The position numbers and the translations under genes are program-made. From Hormiphora californensis (Eukaryota > Animalia > Ctenophora), in the NCBI GenBank assembly GCA_020137815.1, contig CM035357.1, positions 7,750,001-7,814,000 on the forward strand: a stretch of 64,000 bases of DNA, read 5' to 3'. The notes below the pieces were generated by a model. The model saw only the letters and a list, made by a program, of their open reading frames with translations, was not told where the DNA came from and did not search any database. Below are positions 39,201-52,198 of the stretch, one piece after another. Each line of letters starts with the position of its first letter. Within the stretch, counting starts at the first letter, position 1.

Positions 39201-42200
39201 AAATAAGGAGGGTCAAAGTGGGAAAGTTTCTTAGAGATAAGGATGTTCAAAGTGGGAAAGTTTCTTAGAGATAAGGAGGGTCAAAGTGGGAAAGTTTTTT
39301 AGAAATAAGGAAAGTCAAACCGGGAAAGTTTCTTAGAGTAAAGGAGGGTCAAAGTGGGAAAGTTTCTTAGAGATAAGGAGGGTCAAAGTGGGAAAGTTTC
39401 TTAGAGATAAGGAGGGTCAAAGTGGGAAAGTTTCTTAGAGTAAATGAGGGTCAAAGTGGGAAAGTTTCTTAGAGATAAGGAGGGTCAAAGTGGGAAAGTT
39501 TCTTAGAGATAAGGAGGGTCAAAGTGGGAAAGTTTCTTAGAGATAAGGAGGGTCAAAGTGGGAAAGTTTCTTAGAGATAAGGAAGGTCAAAGTGGGAAAG
39601 TTCAAAGTTTCTTAGAGATAAAGAGGGTCAAAGTGGGAAAGTTTCTTAGAGATAAGGAGGGTCAAAGTGGGAAAGTTTCTTAGAGATAAGGAGGTTCAAA
39701 GTGGGAAAGTTTCTTAGAGATAAGGAGGGTCAAAGTGGAAAAGTTTCTTAGAGATAAGGAGGGTCAAAGTAAGAAAATTTCCCACTTTGATATGATGTGG
39801 TGGGAAAGTTTCTTAGAGATAAGGAGGGGCAAAGTGGGAAAGTTTCTTAGAGATATGGAGGGTCAAAGTAAGAAAATTTCCCACTTTGATATGATGTGGT
39901 GGGAAAGTTTCTTAGAGATAAGGAGGGGAAAAGTGGGAAAGTTTCTTAGAGATATGGAGGGTCAAAGTGGGAAAGTTTCTTAGAGATAAGGAGGTTCAAA
40001 GTGGGAAAGTTTCTTAGAGATAAGGAGGGTGAAAGTGGGAAAGTTTTTTAGAGATAAGGAGGGTCAAACCGAGAAAGTTTCTTAGAGATAAGGAGGGTCA
40101 AAGTGGGAAAGTTTCTTAGAGATAAGGAGGGTTAAAGTGGGAAAGTTTCTTAGAGATAAGGAGGGTCAAAGTGGGAAAGTTTCCCACATTGATATGATGT
40201 GGTGGGAAAGTTTCTTAGAGATAAGGAGGGGCAAAGTGGGAAAGTTTCTTAGAGATAAGGAGGGTCAAAGTGGGAAATTTTCTTAGAGATAAGGAGGGTC
40301 AAAGTGGGAAAGTTTCTTAGAGATAAGGAGGGTCAAAGTGGGAAAGTTTCTTAGAGATAAGGAGGGTCAAAGTGGGAAAGTTTCTTAGAGATAAGGAGGG
40401 TGAAAGTGGGAAAGTTTTTTAGAGATAAGGAGGGTCAAACCGAGAAAGTTTCTTAGAGATAAGGAGGGTCAAAGTGGGAAAGTTTCTTAGAGATAAGGAG
40501 GGTCAAAGTGGGAAAGTTTCTTAGAGATAAGGAGGGTCAAAGTGGGAAAGTTTCCCACTTTGATATGATGTGGTGGGAAAGTTTCTTAGAGATAAGGAGG
40601 GGCAAAGTGGGAAAGTTTCTTAGAGATAAGGAGGGTCAAAGTGGGAAATTTTCTTAGAGATAAGGAGGGTCAAAGTGGGAAAGTTTCTTAGAGATAAGGA
40701 GGGTCAAAGTGGGAAAGTTTTTTAGAGATAAGGAGGGTCAAACCGAGAAAGTTTCTTAGAGATAAGGAGGGTCAAAGTGGGAAAGTTTCTTAGAGATAAG
40801 GAGGGTGAAAGTGGGAAAGTTTTTTAGAGATAAGGAGGGTCAAACCGAGAAAGTTTCTTAGAGATAAGGAGGGTCAAAGTGGGAAAGTTTCTTAGAGATA
40901 AGGAGGGTTAAAGTGGGAAAGTTTCTTAGAGATAAGGAGGGTCAAAGTGGGAAAGTTTCCCACTTTGATATGATGTGGTGGGAAAGTTTCTTAGAGATAA
41001 GGAGGGGCAAAGTGGGAAAGTTTCTTAGAGATAAGGAGGGTCAAAGTGGGAAATTTTCTTAGAGATAAGGAGGGTCAAAGTGGGAAAGTTTCTTAGAGAT
41101 TAGGAGGGTCAAAGTGGGAAAGTTTCTTAGAGATAAGGAGGGTCAAAGTGGGAAAGTTTCTTAGAGATAAGGAGGGTCAAAGTGGGAAAGTTTCTTAGAG
41201 ATAAGGAGGGTCAAAGTGGGAAAGTTTCTTAGAGATAAGGAGGGTCAAAGTGGGAAAGTTTCTTAGAGATAAGGAGGGTCAAACCGAGAAAGTTTCTTAG
41301 AGATAAGGAGGGTCAAAGTGGGAAAGTTTCTTAGAGATAAGGAGGGTTAAAGTGGGAAAGTTCAAAGTTCCTTAGAAATAAATAGGGTCAAAGTGGGAAA
41401 ATTTCTTAGAGATAAGGAGGGTCAAAGTGGGAAAGTTTCTTAGAGATAAGGAGGGTCAAAGTGGGAAAGTTTCTTAGAGATAAGGAGGGTCAAAGTGGGA
41501 AAGTTTCTTAGAGATAAGGAGGGTCAAAGTGGGAAAGTTTCTTAGAGATAAGGAGGTTCAAAGTGGGAAAGTTTCTTAGAGATAAGGAGGGTCAAAGTGG
41601 GAAAGTTTTTTAGAGATAAGGAGGGTCAAACCGGGAAAGTTTCTTAGAGTAAAGGAGGGTCAAAGTGGGAAAGTTTCTTAGAGATAAGGAGGGTCAAAGT
41701 GGGAAAGTTTCTTAGAGATAAGGAGGGTCAAAGTGGGAAAGTTTCTTAGAGTAAAGGAGGGTCAAAGTGGGAAAGTTTCTTAGAGATAAGGAGGGTCAAA
41801 GTGGGAAAGTTTCTTAGAGATAAGGAGGGTCAAAGTGGGAAAGTTTCTTAGAGATAAGGAGGGTCAAAGTGGGAAAGTTTCTTAGAGATAAGGAAGGTCA
41901 AAGTGGGAAAGTTCAAAGTTTCTTAGAGATAAAGAGGGTCAAAGTGGGAAAGTTTCTTAGAGATAAGGAGGGTCAAAGTGGGAAAGTTTCTTAGAGATAA
42001 GGAGGTTCAAAGTGGGAAAGTTTCTTAGAGATAAGGAGGGTCAAAGTGGAAAAGTTTCTTAGAGATAAGGAGGGTCAAAGTAAGAAAATTTCCCACTTTG
42101 ATATGATGTGGTGGGAAAGTTTCTTAGAGATAAGGAGGGGCAAAGTGGGAAAGTTTCTTAGAGATATGGAGGGTCAAAGTGGGAAAGTTTCTTAGAGATA

Positions 42201-45200
42201 AGGAGGTTCAAAGTGGGAAAGTTTCTTAGAGATAAGGAGGGTGAAAGTGGGAAAGTTTTTTAGAGATAAGGAGGGTCAAACCGAGAAAGTTTCTTAGACA
42301 TAAGGAGGGTCAAAGTGGGAAAGTTTCTTAGAGATAAGGAGGGTTAAAGTGGGAAAGTTTCTTAGAGATAAGGAGGGTCAAAGTGGGTACCCGCCCTCCC
42401 TGCCGACGGACCTCCCTGCCGACGGGTCGGCAGGGAGGTCATTCGGCAGGGAGGGCGGGATATAGGGGTATAATGTCCTACGTGCCGACGAGATTGGGAT
42501 GAGATCGCTGTCGGCACGTAGGACATTTGACCCCTATATTCCGCCCTCCCTGCCGAAAACTGACTCCGAGAGAGTATTCGGCAGGGAGGACATTTACCCC
42601 TCCTATTCACCCTCTGTACCGACGATCGGCAGGGAGGATATTTCAACCCTCCTTTTACCCTCTGTACCGACGATCGGTAGGGAGGGCGTTTCACTCCTTC
42701 TGTGAGCTCGAGAATTTGGCCGGCAGGCCAAATACGAAGAGTTCACTGTGTATTGTTCCTCTGAGTATCGTTAGGGTTAGGGTTAGGGTTAGGGTTAGGG
42801 CGGTGGTTAGGGTTAGGGTGGTGGTTAGGGCGGTGGTTAGGGTGATGGTTAGGGCGATGGTTTGGGTTATGGTTTCGTCGGCACAGAGGGTGAAAAGGAG
42901 GGGTAAATGTCCTCCCTGCCGATCGTCGGTAGTGAGGCTGAAAAGGAGGGGTAAATGTCCTCCCTGCCGACGGCCCTACTTGCCGATCGTCGGTACAGAG
43001 GGTAAAAGGAGGGGTAAAATGTCCTCCCTGCCGATCGTCGGTACAGAGGGTAAAAGGAGGGGTAAAATGTCCTCCCTGCCGACCGTCGGCACAGAGGGTA
43101 AAAGGAGGGGTAAAATGTCCTCCCTGCCGACGGCCCTCCCTGCCGATCGGTAGGGAGGTCCGTCGGCAGGGAGGGCAGAAAATAGGGGTATAATGTCCTA
43201 CGTGCCGACGGCGATCTCATCCCAATTTCGTCGGCACGTAGGACATTATACCCCCATATCCCGCCCTCCCTGCCGAATGACCTCCCTGCCGACCCGTCGG
43301 CAGGGAGGTCCGTCGGCAGGGAGGGGGTGACTCATCAAAGTGGGAAAGTTTCCCACATTGATATGATGTGGTGGGAAAGTTTCTTAGAGATAAGGAGGGG
43401 CAAAGTGGGAAAGTTTCTTAGAGATAAGGAGGGTCAAAGTGGGAAAGTTTCTTAGAGATAAGGAGGGTCAAAGTGGGAAAGTTTCTTAGAGATAAGGAGG
43501 GTCAAAGTGGGAAAGTTTCTTAGAGATAAGGAAGGTCAAAGTGGGAAAGTTCAAAGTTTCTTAGAGATAAAGAGGGTCAAAGTGGGAAAGTTTCTTAGAG
43601 ATAAGGAGGGTCAAAGTGGGAAATTTTCTTAGAGATAAGGAGGTTCAAAGTGGGAAAGTTTCTTAGAGATAAGGAGGGTCAAAGTGGAAAAGTTTCTTAG
43701 AGATAAGGAGGGTCAAAGTAAGAAAATTTCCCACTTTGATATGATGTGGTGGGAAAGTTTCTTAGAGATAAGGAGGGGCAAAGTGGGAAAGTTTCTTAGA
43801 GATATGGAGGGTCAAAGTGGGAAAGTTTCTTAGAGATAAGGAGGTTCAAAGTGGGAAAGTTTCTTAGAGATAAGGAGGGTGAAAGTGGGAAAGTTTTTTA
43901 GAGATAAGGAGGGTCAAACCGAGAAAGTTTCTTAGAGATAAGGAGGGTCAAAGTGGGAAAGTTTCTTAGAGATAAGGAGGGTCAAAGTGGGAAAGTTTCT
44001 TAGAGATAAGGAGGGTCAAAGTGGGAAAGTTTCCCACTTTGATATGATGTGGTGGGAAAGTTTCTTAGAGATAAGGAGGGGCAAAGTGGGAAAGTTTCTT
44101 AGAGATAAGGAGGGTCAAAGTGGGAAAGTTTCTTAGAGATAAGGAGGGTCAAAGTGGGAAAGTTTCTTAGAGATAAGGAGGGTCAAAGTGGGAAAGTTTC
44201 TTAGAGATAAGGAGGGTCAAAGTGGGAAAGTTTCTTAGAGATAAGGAGGGTTAAAGTGGGAAAGTTTCTTAGAGATAAAGAGGGTCAAAGTGGGAAAGTT
44301 TCTTAGAGATAAGGAGGGTCAAAGTGGGAAAGTTTCTTATAGAGATAAGGAGGGTCAAAGTGGGAAAGTTTCTTAGAGATAAGGAGGGTCAAAGTGAGAA
44401 AGTTTCTTAGAGATAAGGAGGGTCAAAGTGGGAAAGTTCAAAGTTTCTTAGAGATAAAGAGGGTCAAAGTGGGAAAGTTTCTTAGAGATTAGGAGGGTGA
44501 AAGTGGGAAGGTTTCTTAGACATTAGTTGGGTCAAAGTGGAAAGTTTCTTAGAGATTAGGAGGGTCAAAGTGGGAAAGTTTCTTAGAGATAAGGAGGGTC
44601 AAAGTGGGAAAGTTTCTTAGAGATAAGGAGGTTCAAAGTGGGAAAGTTTCCTAATTCCTAGAGATAAGGAGGGTAAAAGTGGGAAAGTTTCTTAGAGATA
44701 AGGAGGGTCAAAGTGGGAAAGTTTCTTAGAGATAAGGAGGGTCAAAGTGGGAAAGTTTCTTAGAGATGAGGAGGGTCAAAGTGGGAAAGTTTCTTAGAGA
44801 TAAGGAGGGTCAAAGTGGGAAAGTTTCTTAGAGATTAGGGGGTCGAACTAGGAAAGTTTCTTAGAGATTAGGAGGGTCAAAGTGGGAAGGTTTCTTAGAG
44901 ATTAGGTGGGTCAAAGTGGGAAAGTTTCTTAGAGATTAGGAGGGTCAAAGTGGGAAGGTTTCTTAGACATTAGGTGGGTCAAAGTGGAAAGTTTCTTAGA
45001 GATTAGGAGGGTCAAAGTGGGAAGGTTTTTTAGAGATTAGGAGGGTAAAAGTGGGAAGGTTTCTTAGAGATTAGGTGGGTCAACTGTCAGAGCATTGGCC
45101 TGACCCATTCTCGGAGCGCACGAGAACTGTGTTCAGAGCATTGGCCTGACAGCGTGTCCGTAGTACATGACATTTAGCTGGTTGTGTGATCTGAGATCTA

Positions 45201-47189
45201 TTGTTGGCGTGTGTGTGGGTGAGTTGTGATAAAGGCTGATTTGGCGTTTTATCTGTTGAACAACTAAAGTGGTACCTCAACTATTTTTGGTAGAGCTATC
45301 CCGAATAGGTGGACCTTGTCCTGAACCAAACTCAATATCGCATCATCATTATCATCCTTCACACTCAACATTAACTCAGCTTTTGCTACAACAGCCGCCT
45401 GAACATGCACATGTTAATATGGTCGGCTGGTACTAATAAATTCCCAATAAGTTGCATGGCAAAGTGTCAACTATCATCATGGTATCTGCACTTGTTACTC
45501 AACAAATCTACACAGCCTCAGTTCGGTCCGGAGAAGTCTTTTGTGAGACAAATATTTGCAAATGCCGATTTGATTTATTGAGTAACAATATTTGATCTGA
45601 GTACTACTACGAACCTGGAAATCTCCTTCCACATCGCTAATCTTCATAGCGAGTAGTTCCATCATATCTTCATCTCCCAGCGTGATACCTTTCTCATCTA
45701 GTGGGAGGGGGGGTCATGTTGTGAAGGGTATCGAGATGTTAGGTGTGAAGGAGGAAGTGCGGCGTCAGGGTGGTAGCCTGTAGAGTTCAGGACTTCAGGG
45801 TTCCCCTATAATATACTTACCAAGAATGTCCATCAGCGCACCGGCAGACATCCTGCTCCTGTCTTGGGAGCCATCTTCATCTGCAGAATCCCGTTTAATA
45901 TCAGAAATATCGCTATTATCAGTTGTGTCAGATGTAAACCCGAACAGAGCTCTAATCCGTGCGTTGAGGCGTGATTGGTAAGTTGCTATTTCCGATCCCA
46001 ACTCAAGTGTTCCCATTACTTTGAACTTCAAGAGCACCTTGGATAACCATGCTTCAATTTGGAAGGATTGTTCGAAGGATGCCCGAGTTTTGATTGCCGC
46101 TGTTAGTTGTGCCATCAATGCAGCAGACAGGTTTATTGATAGTGCAGCAGTTAGTTTGGAGATTAGAGCTCCTACAGCTTCTTCTGTCATCACAACCCCA
46201 CCTGAAACAAGGATTTTATACTAAATGTGACTGTATTACAGTTCAGTTAGGAGAGTGCAGTTGCCAGTTGTCACGTGAGACAAAACTGATCACTGATTGC
46301 AGGGAACTACCAACTCTTATATTATCTTGTATTGCAACTACCTAACATATGAATTATGAAGTGTACAAGGTCAACACACTTACCATTACTTTCAATATCA
46401 AGTCTGAGCTTGCCGAACATTTCCAGTAGATAGTTAGCCCTGAAGGAGGCAGAGGTACCTAGGAAACTTCCCATTGAGATGGTCTGTTGCAGTAGTGAGG
46501 TGAACTGGGCCTGTGCGAAGGTAGGCCACGTGTAATGGGGGATAGAGGCACGGGTTGGGGACTGGGATAGAGGGACGGGGGTTTGGATAGAGCCAAGGGG
46601 GCTGGGATAGAACCTCTATTAAGTACTAACCCACTCCTTATTGATCCATAATTGGTCTGACAACCCCTTTAGACTGTAAAGTCTAACCCCGCCCCACTAA
46701 TAGTAGCACTACTTACTTCAACCTCGGGGGCCAGAGCCACATTGCACTTGGTGAATTTCATCATCACCAGAGACTCAATAGCTTTCTCATCATCACCAAG
46801 GATCTTATTAAATACCTCCACCTTCGCCATAACCATCTCCTGAAATAGGGCCATTCAAAACATTCACTACTCTATAGAGGGGGGGGGGGTGACACTACTA
46901 TAGCTGTTCAGAGGATACTTCGTGGTCTTATGTTTGAACTTATTGAGTAAGTCCTAACCCTCTACATTTGTCGTGTGGAGAGAGAGAGAGGGTGGAGAGA
47001 GAGAGAGGGTGGAGAGAGAGGGTCGAAAAAGGCAAGGTGGTCACGTTATTAGTTAAAGAAACTTCAGTTAAATTGTTAATTTGCCTATTTGTACCTCAAG
47101 TAGAGCCTGGTTGTCCCCAATCCCAGCAATGTTCAGGGAAGCAATTAACTCAGCTTTGTCCTCATCTGACAGCTCCACCTTCCAACGAC
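36264..47189 (-). CDS. Uncharacterised protein with two tandem ~200-aa helical domains and a Gly/Met/Ser-rich tail (5' end not resolved)
   Basis: Phase-compatible GT-AG exons near 47095-47189, 46716-46839, 46384-46510, 45821-46201, 45615-45697, 45276-45398, 37045-37171, 36822-36953 and 36264-36700. Each domain aligns with the 47776-49403 gene. Confidence 0.75.
37252..45082. repeat. 34-bp satellite (AAAGTGGGAAAGTTTCTTAGAGATAAGGAGGGTC)n, ~200 copies, intronic
   Basis: Directly visible, with recurring variant units. Confidence 0.98.
42385..43334. mobile_element. Foldback MITE with long TIRs, CCTCCCTGCCGAC subrepeats and central (TTAGGG)n, inserted in the satellite
   Basis: >100 bp TIRs; TCAAAG(TG) duplicated on both sides; exact TSD length ambiguous. 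Confidence 0.85.
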
Positions 47190-47775
47190 CTGAGAGTAGA
47201 TGAGGTGAGGAACAACTAAGGGATATATCTAACTGGTTAGATAACATGGGCTAATTACAGGGGTTCGGTGGAATGGGGGTTGTTAACTAAGTAGCAGGGC
47301 TGCAGTAGAAGATGTAACAAGGTGGTACTGGTAGAGCTGAAAGGGGGCGTGCAGGGGGAAGTAAAGTGTGCTACACAGCAGTTACATGGCCTACTAAAGA
47401 AACTTCCATGAAACTCGATATATATATAGTACCCGCTATACTGCTGCAGCATGACCACTATATTGTCATCACTAGTACCTTGATATACAGTTGCATGGCT
47501 CACCCTCACGTCCAACCTAGATCTCTATAAACTCGGATCAAGAAGTTCTAAAGGAAATAAAAAAGCAAGAAAGTTAGTGCTTAGAAAAGAGAGAGCTCTG
47601 GAGCTTTTTATTCACCCAAAATATCACTTAGAACAACATCGGAAATTCTTTCTTCTGCATCTTTTTTATCGGTCACATTCTTTTCGCTGAAGCATCAAAA
47701 TTAACAATTTGAAATAAAATATCTTACAATGTCTACAACAATGTGCAATCCTGTGCTTTATCTGAGTTCAATAGT

Positions 47776-49403
47776 TTACTGTTTTGAAAACTTCCTTGAT
47801 CCACCACCCATATTACCACCCATTCCAACACTACTCCCCCCGGACATGGCCGCGCCTCCAGACATATTAGCCCCCATATTGGCACCCATATTGGCCCCCA
47901 TATTGGACCCCATATTGGACCCCATATTGGACCCCATATTAGCACCCACACTGGCCCCCATATTGGCCCCCATGCCACCACCTCCAGAAATACTGGCACC
48001 ACTAGCACCTCCTCCAATACCCATGCCAGACCCACTAGCTAATGCTACACTGGATCCCATGGGTGATCCATTGGCCATGCCCATTCCGGCCCCAACTGAC
48101 CCAGCCAACGCTGCCGATATGGACACCCCAAGGGCGGCGTCAATTCGAGATGCCAGGTCCAATTGGAGGTCCGCCGCTTCTTCTATCACTAGTTTTCCCG
48201 TGATTTTAAACTTCAGTAGAACCTTCATCGCCCACTGCTCCAAAATCGCCCTAGTTGTACCTGGCAGGGAGATGAGAATAATTTCAGGATCCATGGAGAG
48301 ACGAGATAGGAGAATACCTTGAAGTGTAATTGAGTATTAGAGTGATTGAGTATTAATATTATTAATAATCAAACAATACTTTACCCGATACAGATGCCCT
48401 GGCCTTTATAGCGGCTGCTAGTTCCGCAGTGAGTGCTGCTGATAGTTTAATTGACAATTTAGCAGTCAGTTTACCAGACAGAGCAGAGACCTCATCTTCA
48501 TTCAAAATCAAACCACCTGCAGGGACAAAGAGATATCAATATCTAAATGACAAAGAGATATTTACAATCGATCTGAACCGATCTTGTGAAACTTCCTGAG
48601 GAATCCAAACGGTGGCCACTGACAACTACAGTCAGAAATTGTCTAACAAAATCATACCGCTCCCTTCGATGTCCCCCTTTAGTTTTTCTATCATCTCCGA
48701 AACAAACTGTCCTCTGACTGCAGCTGCCGTCCCCATATAGCTCCCTGATGATACCTTCTCTTTCAAGGCAAGTACAATTTGAGCCTGGGATAGTTATAAT
48801 GAGTAGAGTGAACTTTAACTATTACCCTAACACTAACCCCCACCCTAAATATTAAACTATTAAACCGAGCTCTCATTATACCTCTATATTCTCAGGTAAA
48901 GAGATGCCTGACATAGTAACTTTCTCCTGAACCAGTGCCATAATGGCTTCTTCGTCGTTTTTCGTTACTTTATCCATCATTTCTGCTTTAGCTGCCACCA
49001 GTTCCTGTTAAAATGTGGCGGTTAGCTGCATGTTATTATTGGAACTACACTCTACTACAGTTAGAAGTTGTATACAAGGTGGCCCATAAATTATGAGCGT
49101 AGGGGACGAGATCGTACCTCAATAAGATCAATATCTCCCTTCATTCCTTTGACAGTGACATTATCCAGCAACTCTAACTTGTCCTCATCGTTCAAGTTAA
49201 TATTCCTCTTTGCTGTAGAAATGAAATACATTACACGTATTATACAGCAGGTGCACTTGCAGTCTAGGCCGTAACAATGTATGTTAGTCTGATGTACCGA
49301 GTATTCCAATGAGTGCATCAGCTCCAATGAGCTCTGACGCGTCATCGTCATCGTCATCACCACCAACAAAGTCATTCGTCGTAACAGAGAGTTTAGCGGC
49401 CAT
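47776..49403 (-). CDS. Uncharacterised protein, single-domain paralogue with a (MGAN/MGSN)n Gly/Met tail
   Basis: Six phase-consistent exons: MAAKLSVTT..GADALIGIL / KRNINLNDEDKLELL / ELVAAKAEM / AQIVLALKE..SYMGTAAAVR / GLIL..KLTAKLSI / EQWAMKVLLKFK..tail. Confidence 0.8.
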
Positions 49404-49504
49404 CTGTGTATAGAGTGTTTGTCATGTCAGTTTGTCAGGTCTCAATGCTAATTTACATACGTAAAAAACCAGTAGTGCGTTTAAGAAAATCGTTTTCAGG
49501 TTAA

Positions 49505-51619
49505 GACGACGACCCTCAACTAAAAATCCTCAGAAGTGATTTCAAATCAACAAAAACTCCACCCACCCATGAACTTCTAAAACCCTTCGAAAGAGACATC
49601 TACCACCTCATCGGAAATGTCGAGTTCAGGAAGATACAAGATCCAAAACTTCTTGAGATGGGAAAAGAAGCCAAGAGGATAAAAGAGAGGAAAGACATCA
49701 TCATCAACGCGGACAAGACCAACAACAGGTATGGTGTGAGCTTGACAGACTACAAACAATTATTACAAAATAACATTACAAAAGACTACACGACAGACAG
49801 AACTAACAACCTGGCCACAATAAACGCCAACATCCGAAAACACGCAAATTCACTAAAACTAGAGGACCGAATGGAAAAACACAGTGAAGCGGAGGCATTT
49901 CTGACAATAAAGGATCACAAGGAAAATTTTCAAAACAACCCAAAATGTCGCCTCATCAACCCAGCATCCAACCAAGTAGGAAGAGTGAGCAAGAGGATCA
50001 CAGAAGGAATAATAAAGGAGTGCAAACAAAAAACCGGCCTAGCACAATGGATAAGTACCCAGGAAATGATCAACTGGTTCTCCTCCAAACATCGCAACAA
50101 CCCAACACCCAAAAAAGCATCACTGATCCAGTTTGACATCTGCGAATTCTATCCATCAATATCAGAGCAACTAATGGACAGATCACTCGATTTCGCTAAA
50201 AGGTACACCGATATCAGTGCGGAACAGACTGAGACCATCAAATCATGCAGGAAAAGCGTGCTATTCAGCAATGGAAAAGTTTGGAGGAAAAAGAACAGCG
50301 ATTTCGACATCACCATGGGAGCGTTGGACGGGGCAGAAGCAGCGGATCTAACAGGACTCTTCCTACTAGGGCAGGTGCAACAGTACCTGGAAGTGAATCA
50401 CAAGGGAAGCAACTGTGGACTGTACCGCGACGACGGCCTAATCTACGTAGAAAACAGCAACGGTCCTGAGATAACCAAAATAACAAAAGCGCTCCACAAG
50501 ATCTTCAAAAACAATCAATTAAAGATAACAGTGGAACAAACAGGAAAGATAGTCAACATACTGGATGTAACACTATCAGCGATAAACGGAAGCTACAAAC
50601 CGTACAAAAAACCCAACAGCAACATCGCCTACGTGAAACGTGCTTCCAACCACCCATCATCGATACTAAAAAACATTCCAGCATCGATACAAAAACGCCT
50701 TAGCTGCATATCCAGTACCGAGGAGGAATTCGAAGGAGCCAAAGAGGAATACCAGGCAGCCTTGAAAACAGCAGGATACAGCAAGGAGTTAATGTACGAA
50801 CAAAGAGGAAGAACTGGAAAACCCAAAAACAGGAAAAGGCAAAGAAAAATCATCTGGTACAATCCACCCTTCAGCAAGAACGTCGCCACTAACATCGGAG
50901 AACGATTCTTTGAATTGGTCAGACTGCACTTCCCACCACAACATCCATTCCACGCATTGTTTAACAAGAAAACAATAAAACTTTCGTACTCATGTATGAT
51001 AAACATGGACGGGATAGTGAAGTCTCACAACAAAGCGATACTCAAGAAAGCGGAGGATGAGGAAAAACAGAGTGAACGCCAGTGTAACTGCAGAATTCCA
51101 GAAAACTGTCCTGTGGGAAACACATGCCTGAAATCCGGTGTAGTCTACGAAGCACTAATCAAACACAGCAACGGGGTAGAACAGAAATATGTGGGAATGA
51201 CGGGTGGGTCATTCAAAACCAGGTTCAATGGCCACAGGGCGACAATAAGACACGACAAACACAGGACAGCGACAGAACTCTCCAAACTAGTTTGGAGCCT
51301 CCATGACAGACAGATAACGTATGACATAACATGGCAGATCATCGCCAAAGCTCCACCATACCGCCCAGGCAACATCACCTGCTCTCTATGCCTGGCCGAA
51401 AAGTTCGCAATATTAACGAGGAAAGGACTAATTAACAAGAAATGGGAGCTTCTTAACAAATGTCCCCACCGGAGAGGACACCTGGCATCACTTCAACAAA
51501 CGGTTTGATGAAGGAGTCGAAGAGGAAGTTGAACGTTTTAAAATTTGCAAGTTTTCTTTTTTCTGACGATTGCGAAAGCATGAAACTATTAGTAAAAAAT
51601 TAAAAACTTGTATTACTTT
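49505..51619 (+). mobile_element. 5'-truncated Penelope-like element (RT + GIY-YIG)
   Basis: ORF to 51508 has ADKT, RLINP, FDICEFYPSI, MGA, YRDDG, WYNPPF, LSYSC, VVY..YVG..FKTRF..H and CSLC..EK. 13-bp direct repeat GTTTTCAGGTTAA at 49492-49504 and 51620-51632. Confidence 0.93.
51557..51599 (+). ncRNA. Minimal type I hammerhead ribozyme in the Penelope pseudo-LTR
   Basis: TTTTT-CTGACGA-T-TGC GAAA GCA-T-GAAA-CTA T TAG-TA-AAAAA: CUGANGA and GAAA core, GNRA-capped stem II, palindromic stem III, GUA cleavage triplet, U5/A5 stem I. Confidence 0.75.
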
Positions 51620-51916
51620 GTTTTCAGGTTAATGATTTTATGAAGGAGCAGTATAATCTATGTGACATTCATCCTCAAATCAGCATCCTCAAATCAGTAC
51701 TCATTCAAATTCGAGGCTACCGAGGGTCTCTACCATTCTATCCTGATCTAATAGATATGAATCTAGTACCTTTATTCCTTTTATAAATCACGTTATTAGT
51801 ATAACCTATTTCTATCTATTTTGCGAGATGTTGTATAACATGACATTATAAATTTGTTCTATCTTTTCTATTCGATATGTGACATTCATTCCCAAAATTA
51901 AATTTCATTCGATAAA

Positions 51917-52198
51917 ATGTTGCTCAGAGTTTGTTTAGTTTTGCTGCTGGGCTATGCCCAAGCTAAGCTCAGCCTTGTTGAGGAATTCGAGCAATTGGAA
52001 GCTCTTTACAGTCCCGAACGCAACGAGCAAATTCTAAGAGCTGATCCAGTTAGAAGAAAACTCCGATTTTCTAACTTCGTTAATTCAAAAAAGGAGATCG
52101 AGAAAATAAACAAAGATCCAACAAAGTCTTTTATCGCAGGACCTACTAAATTTGCATTGCTGACCGCGGGTGTGTCTAATTTTCTATACTTATATTAA
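51917..52198 (+). CDS. Signal peptide + I29 (papain-family propeptide)-like domain; no catalytic domain found
   Basis: Hydrophobic N-terminus, then RFSNF..KEIEKIN..SFIAGPTKFALLT, resembling the ERFNIN and GxNxFADLT motifs. Confidence 0.55.
   Translation: MLLRVCLVLLLGYAQAKLSLVEEFEQLEALYSPERNEQILRADPVRRKLRFSNFVNSKKEIEKINKDPTKSFIAGPTKFALLTAGVSNFLYLY

Noticed and set aside
42770-42870. Telomere or chromosome fusion site
   Set aside because: Short degenerate TTAGGG tracts internal to TIR elements.
42362-43220. ORFs of 110-208 aa, and similar ORFs over microsatellites and minisatellites
   Set aside because: Translations of repeats or MITE subrepeats; antisense ORFs over the LINEs are likewise shadows.
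37252-45082. CRISPR-like array (34-bp periodicity; also 52348-52923)
   Set aside because: Head-to-tail repeats without unique spacers, no cas genes, eukaryotic intron context.
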